Shown: positions 9,633 to 18,887 of the stretch, piece by piece
Layout: the number at the start of each line of letters is the position of its first letter
Numbering within the stretch: the stretch's first letter is position 1
DNA from: Nanobdellota archaeon
GTDB taxonomy: Archaea; Nanobdellota; Nanobdellia; CSSed11-243R1
Reading direction: 5' to 3'
DNA length: 53,966 nt
Assembly: GCA_021163365.1 (NCBI GenBank)
Contig: JAGGWW010000012.1
Location: forward strand, 1 to 53,966
The notes under the pieces: generated by a model
What the model was told of the DNA's origin: nothing
What the model saw: the letters and a program-made list of their open reading frames with translations, nothing else
The model's database searches: none
Position numbers and translations under genes: made by a program

Positions 9633-10328
9633 ATGGCGATTGTTGTAGTTGATTCATCTACAATAATATCTTGCGCAATGAATTGTTTAATGTGGGTTTT
9701 CAAAGAATTAAAGCAAAGGGGATTTAGGTTCATTGTTCCAATTGGTGTGAAAAAAGAAATAATCGATAGTGGATTAAGTTCTGAGAGATTTAAATATGAA
9801 GCAATAAGGGTTTCAAAATACTTTGCTGATGAAACTTTTGAGGTTTATAAAAATGAAATTAAAAGACAAACCTCAGAGCTTTTAAACTATGCAAATTCAA
9901 GCTTTTACATAAAAGGCAATCCGTTAAGAATATTGCAAGAAGCAGACGCTGAAGTTGCAGCTCTTGCAAAACATATAAATGCTGATGCAATTTTAACAGA
10001 TGAAAGAACACTTAGATTGTTAATAGAAGCGCCAGATTTAATAAAAGGAAACCTTGAAAGAAAATTCCATGAGAGCGTAAAAGTAAATGAGAGGATGCTT
10101 CACTCTTTTGGAAAAGGTTTTGAAAAAATCCAAATAATAAGGTCTGTTGATTTAATGGCTTTAGCTTATTACTTGGGAATATTTGATCAACTTATGAAAA
10201 AATGCTACATAAGCGAAATAAAAGACTGTGAAAAAACAACAATAGAAGGAGTATTATATGCATTAAAATTTGCTGGGTGCGCAGTATCATTTAAAGAAAT
10301 AAATGACTATGTGAATTTATTAAGATGA
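9633..10328 (+). CDS. PIN-domain-like protein (extended)
   Basis: N-terminal VVVDSSTII, then EADAEVAALA and AILTDERTL acidic motifs in the order expected for PIN catalytic residues. At 231 aa it is longer than VapC. Confidence 0.5.
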   Translation: MAIVVVDSSTIISCAMNCLMWVFKELKQRGFRFIVPIGVKKEIIDSGLSSERFKYEAIRVSKYFADETFEVYKNEIKRQTSELLNYANSSFYIKGNPLRILQEADAEVAALAKHINADAILTDERTLRLLIEAPDLIKGNLERKFHESVKVNERMLHSFGKGFEKIQIIRSVDLMALAYYLGIFDQLMKKCYISEIKDCEKTTIEGVLYALKFAGCAVSFKEINDYVNLLR

Positions 10329-10456
10329 AACTCACCTCAAAAGAAGTTATTGAAGAATTTAAAAAGCACATTCACATACATGTGAGTATCTGGCTGATAC
10401 TTCTTGTAACATTTATTGCGTTTATTGCTCTTACATTAAGCGTATTATTCAGATAA
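10325..10456 (+). CDS. possible 43-aa single-pass membrane microprotein
   Basis: The ATG overlaps the stop of the PIN-like gene (ATGA). MKLTSKEVIEEFKKHIHIHVSIWLILLVTFIAFIALTLSVLFR has one hydrophobic helix. It is below the ORF-track cutoff. Confidence 0.25.
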   Translation: MKLTSKEVIEEFKKHIHIHVSIWLILLVTFIAFIALTLSVLFR

Positions 10457-12805
10457 TTCTTCTTCTCTTGCTATTTCCATAAACTTCTTTCTTTCCTCAG
10501 CTTTAGCAACAATTCTTTTTACTTGTTCAACAACATCAGGATTAACAGAAATAGAATCAATTCCAGCTAAAACTAAAAACTCTGCAAACTCCGGATAAGT
10601 TGATGGTGCTTGTCCACATAAGGAAACAGTTTTGCCATGCTTATGAAATCCTTCAATTATTCTTTTAATTGCCCTAAGCACAGCCTCATTCCTTTCATCA
10701 AAGTATCCCATTTTTCCAAGTGTTTCTGAGTCCCTATCAACACCAAGAGTTAGTTGAGTTAAATCATTACTACCAATAGAAGTCCCATCTATTGGAAGCT
10801 TTGCAAATTCTTCTGGCATAATTGCAACTGCAGGTACCTCTGACATAATCCAAACCTTGAACTGCTCATCTCTTATCAAACCCTCGCTTTCAAGAATCTT
10901 AAGTGCTTTTTTAACTTCGCTTGTGTTTCTTACAAAAGGAAGCATAACCCAAACATTCTTGTACTCTTCTCTTACTTTTCTAATTGCTTTACACTCAAGC
11001 CTAAACGCGGGTTCAAAATCTTCAGATATATATCTTGAAACACCCCTCCATCCAATCATGGGATTATCTTCTTTTGGCTCATACTTTTCTCCACCAACTA
11101 AATTTCTATACTCATTTGTTTTAAAATCACTAAACCTTACAACAACAGGCTTTGGGTAAATTGCAGAAGCAACCTTTTTTATTCCTTGAGCAAGCTTATC
11201 AACATATTCTTGAGCTCTTCCTTGCTCTATCATATGCAATGGGTGTTCTTTTATAACATCTGCAATTATGAATTCAACCCTCATTAAACCAATACCATCA
11301 ATTGGTAAGTTTTTATAATCATCAATTTTTTCAGGAATTCCAAGATTCATATATATCTTTGTTTGTGTTTCAATTCCTTCAATTGGTTCTTCTATTTCTT
11401 TTGGTTTTTCTTTTACCTCACCAACATGAACACCACGATACACAACACCATTTACAGCATCAACAGTTATGACATCTCCATCTTTAAGTATTTGAGTTGC
11501 CTTCTCTGTACCTACAATACAAGGTATGCCCATTTCACGGCTTACAATTGCTGCATGACTTGTAATTCCTCCTTCATCTGTAACAATTGCTATAGCCCTC
11601 TTCATTGCTGGAACAAAATCTGGGTCTGTCATTTTAGTAACTAAAACATCTCCTGGCTGAACCTTGTCAAGCTCATTTACATCCTTAACTATCTTAACCT
11701 TACCAGAAACAACACCATGGCTTGCTGGCAAACCTTTAAGTATGGGTTCAAGTTTTTCAGTTACAAATTTCTCTTCAATGGTTTTTGGTTTATGAAGTGT
11801 GGTAATTGGTCTGCTTTGAACAATGAAAAGCTTTTTGCCTTCTATAGCCCATTCAATGTCTTGTGGAAAATTGTAATGGTCTTCAATCTTTTTAACCATC
11901 TTAGCAAGTTCAATTATTTCATCATCTGTGAGAACCTGAGATGATCTTTTTGGTTCATCAAGCTCAATCTTAACATTTTTACCTTCTGGGCTTCTTATTA
12001 TCATGAAATCTTTTTCAGCTATTTTCTTCTCAACTATTTCCCAATTAATTTTATCAACAACATAATGGTCTGGATTAATTGCTCCAGAAACAATTGCCTC
12101 ACCAAGCCCCCAACCAGCCTCAATAACAATTTTATTTTTATCTTCTGAAATTGGGTCAACAGAAAAAGCCACACCGCTTTTTGTAGAATCTACCATCTTT
12201 TGAACAACAACAGCAATCTTTACCTTGAAATGGTCGAAATTATTTTTTTCGCGATAAAAAATTGCGCGAGCTGTAAACAAAGATGCCCAACAGTTTTTTA
12301 CAGCTTCAAGCAAATCTTTTGCTCCCTTAACATTAAGAAATGTTGCTTGTTGTCCTGCAAAACTTGCACTTGGCAAATCTTCTGCAGTTGCGCTTGACCT
12401 TACTGCAACAAATGGTGGCTCTCTAACTGCGTTTATAAACATGCCAACAGACTTTGGCAAATCATATTTACTTTTATACATAGATTCATATGCTTTAACA
12501 ATTGCATTTGCAATCTCTTGTGGAATCTCCTCTGTTGTTATAATTGTTTGAATTTGTCTTGAAGCAGATTGTAAAGCATCATTATCATCTACGTTTAAAC
12601 CAGTTAAAATTTCTTTAATTTCATTCTTAATGCCTGTTTTATCAAGAAAAACGTCATAAGCGTGCGCAGTTATGCAAAAACCTGGTGGAACAGGAAATCC
12701 AGAATTATACATCTCTCCAAGATTTGCACCTTTTCCTCCAACAAGCCCAACATCTTCTTTGTTTATCTCTTTAAAACTTAATATCAAAGCTTGTGATTTT
12801 TCCAA
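10445..12805 (-). CDS. ppsA: phosphoenolpyruvate synthase (pyruvate, water dikinase)
   Basis: 786 aa with GGKGANLGEM in the ATP-grasp region, the TSHAAIVSREMGIPCIVG phosphohistidine motif and a C-terminal PEP-utilising TIM barrel. Confidence 0.9.
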   Translation of the reverse strand: MEKSQALILSFKEINKEDVGLVGGKGANLGEMYNSGFPVPPGFCITAHAYDVFLDKTGIKNEIKEILTGLNVDDNDALQSASRQIQTIITTEEIPQEIANAIVKAYESMYKSKYDLPKSVGMFINAVREPPFVAVRSSATAEDLPSASFAGQQATFLNVKGAKDLLEAVKNCWASLFTARAIFYREKNNFDHFKVKIAVVVQKMVDSTKSGVAFSVDPISEDKNKIVIEAGWGLGEAIVSGAINPDHYVVDKINWEIVEKKIAEKDFMIIRSPEGKNVKIELDEPKRSSQVLTDDEIIELAKMVKKIEDHYNFPQDIEWAIEGKKLFIVQSRPITTLHKPKTIEEKFVTEKLEPILKGLPASHGVVSGKVKIVKDVNELDKVQPGDVLVTKMTDPDFVPAMKRAIAIVTDEGGITSHAAIVSREMGIPCIVGTEKATQILKDGDVITVDAVNGVVYRGVHVGEVKEKPKEIEEPIEGIETQTKIYMNLGIPEKIDDYKNLPIDGIGLMRVEFIIADVIKEHPLHMIEQGRAQEYVDKLAQGIKKVASAIYPKPVVVRFSDFKTNEYRNLVGGEKYEPKEDNPMIGWRGVSRYISEDFEPAFRLECKAIRKVREEYKNVWVMLPFVRNTSEVKKALKILESEGLIRDEQFKVWIMSEVPAVAIMPEEFAKLPIDGTSIGSNDLTQLTLGVDRDSETLGKMGYFDERNEAVLRAIKRIIEGFHKHGKTVSLCGQAPSTYPEFAEFLVLAGIDSISVNPDVVEQVKRIVAKAEERKKFMEIAREEELSE

Positions 12806-12846
12806 AGTCTCACCAGATAATTAGAAATATACAAAGTTTATATTAA

Positions 12847-13380
12847 TTACTTTTTAACAACTTCTATGTGTCCTTTCATTGGGCATTTGTAAATTGCTTG
12901 CTTTAAAGCTTCTTTTGCAATATCCACGTACTTTTCTGTTGTATCAACATACATAATTTCTTGTCCTTTTTTAACTTGTGCTGCTAAACCAATTGGCTTT
13001 CCAAAAGAATGACTCATACCAGTTTGAAATCTGTCTGCACCAGCACCTGCTGCAAGAGGATTTTCTCTTAACACGTGATGTGGATATACCTTTACCTTAA
13101 AATAATAATTTGCCTCACCAACTTTTTTTGAAAGCTTTTTATTTACTGCAACACGTGCTGCTTCTAAAGCATTGTGTCTTATTTGAACATTATCTTTTGA
13201 TATCAAACTAACTCTATATGGAAAATCAGCGCTTCTATTTCCCATATCAAATAAAACTATTTTCGGATAGGGTGCTCCACGTACATAAGACTTTTCTCTC
13301 TTTCTTGATTTTCTTGTATATGGTCTTTCAATTCTTCTATAACAAACACCCTTTCTTAGCTTTGCCATATCATCACCCAA
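12847..13380 (-). CDS. rpl10e: 50S ribosomal protein L10e (uL16)
   Basis: AKLRKGVCYRRIERPYTRKS N-terminus and overall L10e pattern. The true start may be the second Met (13368). Confidence 0.85.
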   Translation of the reverse strand: MGDDMAKLRKGVCYRRIERPYTRKSRKREKSYVRGAPYPKIVLFDMGNRSADFPYRVSLISKDNVQIRHNALEAARVAVNKKLSKKVGEANYYFKVKVYPHHVLRENPLAAGAGADRFQTGMSHSFGKPIGLAAQVKKGQEIMYVDTTEKYVDIAKEALKQAIYKCPMKGHIEVVKK

Positions 13381-13429
13381 AAATTATAGAAAAGTAAAGT
13401 TTAAGGGTTTAAAAATCTTTCTTATTTAT

Positions 13430-13903
13430 ATGGATTACCTATCTCTACTTAAAGAAGCTAAAAGAGAACTTGGTTTAGCAGACCACATTCTCATGGTTGC
13501 ATTCCCCATTGTTAGAGACAAACACATATTTTTAAATGTGCTTACACATGCTGATAAGAGCGTTATTCTTGCAATAAGGGCGTTTATAGCAAAGAAAAAA
13601 GAAGCGCGTGAGTTAAGAATAATTCCTGAAAGTGAAGAATTAGCAAGAAGGCTTTTTTTTGAAGAGTTTTCAAAAATTGTTGGTATTACACCAAGCGAAA
13701 AACACCTTATTCAAGAGCTAAAAAACGTTGTAATAGCGCATAGAAAAAGCCAAGCTGAAATAAAAAGAGGTGATGAATACATAATCTTTCTTCCAAATTT
13801 TGACTCAATAACTATAAACGAACAAAATGTGAAAAGATATTTAAGCATTGTAAGAGGATTTATTAATAAGATAGAAAAAGTGATGACAAATGGAAAACCT
13901 TGA
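13430..13903 (+). CDS. hypothetical protein
   Basis: 157-aa ORF with coding-like composition and no recognised motif. Confidence 0.4.
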   Translation: MDYLSLLKEAKRELGLADHILMVAFPIVRDKHIFLNVLTHADKSVILAIRAFIAKKKEARELRIIPESEELARRLFFEEFSKIVGITPSEKHLIQELKNVVIAHRKSQAEIKRGDEYIIFLPNFDSITINEQNVKRYLSIVRGFINKIEKVMTNGKP

Positions 13904-14189
13904 GATAGCAAAGATAAGAATAGAAAGAGCAATTAAATTTAGCGAAAGATTTGATGAGATGTCTGATAAAGAATTTAAATGGTTGATAAATTACATTGAC
14001 AACATTTTAAAGTTGCTTCCAAACTCAAAAGATAAGTTATCTATTCAAGCTTATGTGTATAAACTTAAAAAAATGGAATTTAAAAAATACGGTGCAATAT
14101 TCAAAGGGATTTCTCCTTATGGTGGTGTAATAATAAGAAAAAAGGATTTAAACAACTTGGTTTGGTGGCTAAATTCATTGCTTTATTAA
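13890..14189 (+). CDS. hypothetical protein
   Basis: 99-aa ORF overlapping the upstream ORF by 14 nt. Confidence 0.4.
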   Translation: MENLEIAKIRIERAIKFSERFDEMSDKEFKWLINYIDNILKLLPNSKDKLSIQAYVYKLKKMEFKKYGAIFKGISPYGGVIIRKKDLNNLVWWLNSLLY

Positions 14190-15290
14190 AGTTTTTGCTA
14201 TTTCTTTTGCACCATTGCCTTTAAATTTATGCTTCTTTAGGTTTTCCAAATACTCATCTTGTTTGTCAAAAAATGATGATAAAGATGTGTAAACGCTTTT
14301 TTTACTAATTCTTGAATCTAAAACACAAGCTTCACCATATCCTTCTTTCTTAACAAGAAAGGCATTAACCATTTGTTCAACATGATTTCTTATAGGAACA
14401 GTTAAAACAGGTTTTCTAAAAACAACACATTCAGATATAGTTGAATGTCCAGCTGGTGATATAACACCATCAGAAGCTTTTATCAATTCTAATGAGTTTT
14501 TAACAAAAGGAAATATTATCATGTTCTTTGATTTTTTAACCTTATTAACAATGTAATTACTTGAAATAACAAAAAACTTATCATCAAACTCTGGCAAAAC
14601 CTTTTCAAGTATTTTAAAAAAGTGTTTTTCAATCTCAGCACCACCAATGCTAACATAATAAAAACTTTTAACTCCAAGTTTTTCCTTTATTTTTTTTGAT
14701 TGTAAAACTTCATTGGGTTTCTTCCTTACAATTAAATCTACATATTTTATTTTTTCAGAATAAACAACTTTTTTCTCAAAAGATGGAACAAAAAATAAAT
14801 TTCCTCTTGAAAGCATGAACTTAATAAGTTTTTTTAATAAAATGTGTTGAAGAACAATGTTCTTTGTCTTAAGCTTTGGCGGTAAAATATGGTAATGATT
14901 CAATGTTGTTATTAAATTTGTAAGAGTGTAAATTGGAATCCCTCTGTTTGAAGCATAGAAAAATGAGTTTGGCTCGGAGTCTGAAAAAACAATGTCTGGC
15001 TTAAAATCCGTTGCCATCTTTCTAAACTTAATATAATCCTTTCTTATCTTCGTTGGATTTTTAAACAACTCTAATATTTGAGCAAAAACATCAAAAGAAT
15101 ATTCTCTACCTTTATACTCATAGCCACCGAAGTCATAACAAGGAATTTTCATTAACTTAAAATATCTTTGAGCTGCGCCATAAGAAAATATTTTAACTCT
15201 TGCTTTACTTTTTAACTCATTGTAAATTGCATGACTTCTTGTAGCGTGCCCATATCCAATTCCAACAACAGACATAAGTATCTTTTTCAT
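14175..15290 (-). CDS. GT28/MurG-like glycosyltransferase (MJ1255-like)
   Basis: N-terminal GIGYGHATRS glycine-rich loop and a C-terminal SPAGHSTISE nucleotide-sugar binding region. The start is taken at MKKILMSVVG (15290), one nt after the PIG-L stop. The longer track ORF (to 15341) would overlap the PIG-L gene. Confidence 0.6.
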   Translation of the reverse strand: MKKILMSVVGIGYGHATRSHAIYNELKSKARVKIFSYGAAQRYFKLMKIPCYDFGGYEYKGREYSFDVFAQILELFKNPTKIRKDYIKFRKMATDFKPDIVFSDSEPNSFFYASNRGIPIYTLTNLITTLNHYHILPPKLKTKNIVLQHILLKKLIKFMLSRGNLFFVPSFEKKVVYSEKIKYVDLIVRKKPNEVLQSKKIKEKLGVKSFYYVSIGGAEIEKHFFKILEKVLPEFDDKFFVISSNYIVNKVKKSKNMIIFPFVKNSLELIKASDGVISPAGHSTISECVVFRKPVLTVPIRNHVEQMVNAFLVKKEGYGEACVLDSRISKKSVYTSLSSFFDKQDEYLENLKKHKFKGNGAKEIAKTLIKQ

Positions 15291-15291
15291 T

Positions 15292-15933
15292 TTATTCACC
15301 ATAAAAGTACTCAGCATATTTAAAGCCATGCCTTCTTCCATAAATTATTCCCTTTAAAAGAATTAAAGGCTCAAGCAAGTAAATTGATAAAATCTGTGAT
15401 TTAAAGCATGAAAGGGCTTTCATCTTTAGTGGAAATTCTTTAGAAACATCAATTATAACAGTTGGCTCTTTTTTCCCAAAGTCAAATAAATTTATTTGAA
15501 ACTTAAACACTTCTGGCTTATAATCCAACTTAGAAATTATTTCATTCATAATCTTATTTACAGCAATATGATGTGGATGAGCATCTTTAGCAGAATGATA
15601 AAATATCTTTGATGGCTTATATTTTTTAATAATATTAAGCAACTTTTCTCGTTTTTCAAAATCAAATTCATTTTCTATGTCTTCAATTATACCAAGAAAA
15701 ATAGTTTCTGAAACACCAAGAATTGAGCATGCTTTTTTTGACTCCAATATTCTTTTCCTTCTTAATTCTTCTTCGCTCATAAACGGAGGCCAAGATAACA
15801 AAGAACCAGCTTCTCCAGAACCATAAGAAAAGATTACAACAATCACCTTCTCAGTCTTAGCTAACTTTGCAATAGTTGCTCCACACCCAATTACTTCGTC
15901 ATCAGCATGTGCTGCACAAACTAAAACTGTCAT
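15292..15933 (-). CDS. PIG-L/LmbE-family N-acetylglucosaminyl deacetylase
   Basis: VLVCAAHADDEVIGCGATI signature and HPHH metal-binding motif. Confidence 0.75.
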   Translation of the reverse strand: MTVLVCAAHADDEVIGCGATIAKLAKTEKVIVVIFSYGSGEAGSLLSWPPFMSEEELRRKRILESKKACSILGVSETIFLGIIEDIENEFDFEKREKLLNIIKKYKPSKIFYHSAKDAHPHHIAVNKIMNEIISKLDYKPEVFKFQINLFDFGKKEPTVIIDVSKEFPLKMKALSCFKSQILSIYLLEPLILLKGIIYGRRHGFKYAEYFYGE

Positions 15934-15937
15934 AAAT

Positions 15938-16468
15938 TTACTTAGATTTTATTAATTTAAGAATTTTCTCCCCAAGGTGCAAAACTTTTGATTTATTTTT
16001 AATAAAAAAGAATCCAACAGCAACACCAATAAATCCACCAGCCAGCACATCAGTTAAATAGTGTAAACCAAGATATATTCTCGACAAACCAACTATAACA
16101 GCGAACATGTAAAAAAGAAAAGAGTACTTTGGATAAAAATCTGAAAAAAGGACAGCCAATAAAAAAGCTTGTGCTGTGTGGTTTGAAGGGAGAGAATATT
16201 TACTAAATGCCTGTGTTAAAGCAAGAGATGGCCTTGGTCTTGCAACTATTTCTTTGATTATTCCAACTACAAACATGTTTAAGAAAATTGAAGTTGAAAT
16301 TAAAAATAAGTTTAAATTTTTCTTTAAAAGAAAGAAAACGAATAATGCAATTGCAAAAAAAATCAAAATAGGCGTTGAAAATATAAAAGATAAAAATTTT
16401 GCAATACTATCAAAAAAAATATTTCTAAAAGATTGCAAAAAAATAATGCTTAGTATGTCTATGTTCAT
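15938..16468 (-). CDS. PAP2-family lipid phosphatase
   Basis: The KxxxxxxRP (KEIVARPRP), PSNHT and SRIYLGLHYLTDV acid phosphatase motifs sit in a multi-TM protein. Confidence 0.75.
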   Translation of the reverse strand: MNIDILSIIFLQSFRNIFFDSIAKFLSFIFSTPILIFFAIALFVFFLLKKNLNLFLISTSIFLNMFVVGIIKEIVARPRPSLALTQAFSKYSLPSNHTAQAFLLAVLFSDFYPKYSFLFYMFAVIVGLSRIYLGLHYLTDVLAGGFIGVAVGFFFIKNKSKVLHLGEKILKLIKSK

Positions 16469-16695
16469 TTCAATGCAATCATTGTTGATGTTCTTTCAAC
16501 TTCATCTATTCCACGGATGTTTTTAATTAAAAAGTTCTGAAGTTCTTCCATGCTTGGCTTTTCTACTTTTGCGACAATGTCATATTCACCATAAACAACA
16601 CTTACATCCTTAACACCATCCATCTTTGTTAGTCTTTCTGCAACTGTTGATTCTTCTCCTGGTTTTACTATAAGCAAAATATATGCTGTTACCAA
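16465..16695 (-). CDS. stand-alone Lrp/AsnC ligand-binding (RAM) domain protein
   Basis: 76 aa. MVTAYILLIVKPG...VKDVSVVYGEYDIVAKVE matches the AsnC-type effector domain with no HTH. Overlaps the PAP2 start by 4 nt. Confidence 0.7.
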   Translation of the reverse strand: MVTAYILLIVKPGEESTVAERLTKMDGVKDVSVVYGEYDIVAKVEKPSMEELQNFLIKNIRGIDEVERTSTMIALK

Positions 16696-16706
16696 ATTTT
16701 CACCTC

Positions 16707-16937
16707 CTATTTTATGCTTATCATGGTTACAGTTTTTTCAACACCGCTTATTTTTCTTAATTTCTTTATTATGTCTTGCAAATCTTTTAGTTTTTTTACT
16801 TCAACCTTTATAACCAAATCATAGGCACCATAAACCAAATCCAAATATTTTATACCTTTTATCTTTGAAAAGCTTTCTCTTGAAAAATCACTCTTGCTTC
16901 CTGGCTTAAGATTTACAAATATATAAGCTGTTACCAT
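16707..16937 (-). CDS. stand-alone Lrp/AsnC ligand-binding (RAM) domain protein (tandem paralogue)
   Basis: 76 aa with the same MVTAYI...YGAYDLVIKVE pattern as the neighbouring gene. Confidence 0.7.
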   Translation of the reverse strand: MVTAYIFVNLKPGSKSDFSRESFSKIKGIKYLDLVYGAYDLVIKVEVKKLKDLQDIIKKLRKISGVEKTVTMISIK

Positions 16938-16963
16938 TTTTATCTAATTTTTCAAGCAGGGGT

Positions 16964-17506
16964 TTATTTATACTTTTTTCTTTTCTCCTTTATTATCTCT
17001 TTTTTTACAACACTTGAGTTAGGAATTATAGTAAGCCTTCCTTCTTTATCTTCCAATGTTATATTAACTAAATCAATAGAAACAACCTTACCATAGTAAT
17101 TTCCTATTTTTAGGACATCTCCTTTTTTAATTGCTTTAACAGTACTTAGATATATGCCTGCTGCAGCATTTGGGATAAAATCTTTTAAACTAAATAGAAC
17201 AATTGCAATTAAGAATAATGCAATTAAGATTATAATAACATCAAAAACAAATTTTGCAAATCCAAATTGCGAAAGGGCAATTATAAATGTTACAAAGTAA
17301 AAAACATATCTTACCATAAGAACAATTAAGTCTATAATCGGCTCCTCGTATCCAAGGTTTGATATAACTTTCCTTATATGTTTTTGTCTTAAAAAATTAT
17401 TAAGCACATCAGTAACAAGCTTTGTTATAATCATACCTATTCCTATCACTAACGCAAACTGAAGTATGCTAATTATCTGCGCTTGCACTATTTCTTTTAA
17501 TACCAT
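16964..17506 (-). CDS. small MscS-like mechanosensitive channel-related membrane protein
   Basis: Three TM helices followed by GDVLKIGNYYGKVVSIDLVNITLEDKEGRLTIIPNS, the MscS beta-domain signature. Lacks the usual C-terminal domain. Confidence 0.5.
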   Translation of the reverse strand: MVLKEIVQAQIISILQFALVIGIGMIITKLVTDVLNNFLRQKHIRKVISNLGYEEPIIDLIVLMVRYVFYFVTFIIALSQFGFAKFVFDVIIILIALFLIAIVLFSLKDFIPNAAAGIYLSTVKAIKKGDVLKIGNYYGKVVSIDLVNITLEDKEGRLTIIPNSSVVKKEIIKEKRKKYK

Positions 17507-17532
17507 TAAAAAATTTAAAACAAGATAACTTA

Positions 17533-17949
17533 TTAAAGCTTATTAATGTGAGCGTGTGCTTTTCTTAAAACATTTTTTGCATTTTCAAATGTTAGCTGTC
17601 TTAATGCATCTTCATAAGGAAGCCAAATATACCCAACATGCTCATATGAAAGCTTAACTTTCTCTTGTTTTGTTTCAGCAAGGTAGAATATGACTTCTTT
17701 GTAAACAACCTCTTTCCCCCGCCTGAAGAAATATCTTATTCTTTCTCTGAATCCAGGAATGATTTTTAAATCAGTTATCCCAGTTTCTTCATATGTTTCC
17801 CTTTTAACAGTTGTTATCTCATCTTCTCCTTTTTCTATGTGTCCCTTAACAAAATCCCAATGCCCACTACCATAATGAAGCAAAAGATAAATGGGCTTTC
17901 CATTTTCTCTTCTAAAAATCACTGCGCCTGCTGAAATCTCCCTTACCAT
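17533..17949 (-). CDS. NUDIX hydrolase
   Basis: Nudix box GHWDFVKGHIEKGEDEITTVKRETYEETGI. The start is taken at MVREISAGAV because the longer track ORF extends into the divergent promoter. Confidence 0.8.
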   Translation of the reverse strand: MVREISAGAVIFRRENGKPIYLLLHYGSGHWDFVKGHIEKGEDEITTVKRETYEETGITDLKIIPGFRERIRYFFRRGKEVVYKEVIFYLAETKQEKVKLSYEHVGYIWLPYEDALRQLTFENAKNVLRKAHAHINKL

Positions 17950-18054
17950 AAAACATACAAAAACAAAATCATTTATAAAATAATGCAAAACTTTAAAAAT
18001 AAAGCAAATTTTGAAAAATTACCCAATGATAGAAAGCTTGATGGGGGCAATCTT

Positions 18055-18573
18055 ATGGGAATGTACAAATATTTAACAAGACTTTGGCAAGATGCAAAAG
18101 ATTTGCTTGAACCAATTAAGAGAGAAAGAATTCTCCAATGGAGAAAACAACCAGCAATTGTTAGGATTAAAAAGCCAACAAGAATAGATAAAGCAAGAAG
18201 ATTAGGATACAAAGCAAAACAAGGGTTTGTAATAGTAAGGGCAAGAATTAAAAAAGGTGGAAGAAAAAGAAGGCACATACCAAAAGGTAGAAGACCGAAA
18301 AGATATGGAATGTTCTTTACACCAACAAGAAATTTGCAAGCAATTGTTGAGCAAAGAGTAAATAGGAAATTCCCAAACTTAGAAGTTTTAAACAGCTACT
18401 ACGTTGGAGATGATAGTGTTTATGAATGGTACGAAGTAATTCTTGTAGACCCGAACCACCCAGCAATTAAAAATGATAAGGACATTGGTTGGATAGTTAA
18501 TCAAAGAGGAAGAGCATTTAGAGGATTAACTTCTGCTGGAAAACGCTCAAGAAATTCAAGGAGGAAAAAATGA
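18055..18573 (+). CDS. rpl15e: 50S ribosomal protein L15e
   Basis: MGMYKYLTRLWQ...KQGFVIVRARIKKGGRKR typical of L15e. A GGGGG SD-like element precedes the ATG at 18055, so the track's N-terminal extension is unlikely. Confidence 0.9.
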   Translation: MGMYKYLTRLWQDAKDLLEPIKRERILQWRKQPAIVRIKKPTRIDKARRLGYKAKQGFVIVRARIKKGGRKRRHIPKGRRPKRYGMFFTPTRNLQAIVEQRVNRKFPNLEVLNSYYVGDDSVYEWYEVILVDPNHPAIKNDKDIGWIVNQRGRAFRGLTSAGKRSRNSRRKK

Positions 18574-18887
18574 TGTTTCCTGGAATGGATGCAAAAAAAT
18601 TAAAAAAGATGATGAAAGACATGGAACAGATTCCAGCAGAAAGAGTAATAATTGAAGGACAAAAAAAACTTGTAATTGAAGAGCCGCAGGTTATAAGAAT
18701 AAACCTCATGGGGCAAGAAACATATCAAATTGTGGGAAAAGCAAAAGAAATTGAGCAAGAACCTTTTACAAATGAAGATGTTAAGCTTGTAATGGAACAA
18801 ACAGGAAAAACAGAAGAAGAAGTGAGACAAGCGTTAAAAAAGAATGAAGGAGATATTGCAAAAACAATTTTAGAGCTTAAAGGCTAA
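18570..18887 (+). CDS. nac: nascent polypeptide-associated complex protein (NAC with UBA domain)
   Basis: PGMDAKKLKKMMKDM N-terminus, a NAC beta-barrel region and a C-terminal UBA-like EEEVRQALKKNEGDIAKTILEL. Confidence 0.8.
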   Translation: MMFPGMDAKKLKKMMKDMEQIPAERVIIEGQKKLVIEEPQVIRINLMGQETYQIVGKAKEIEQEPFTNEDVKLVMEQTGKTEEEVRQALKKNEGDIAKTILELKG

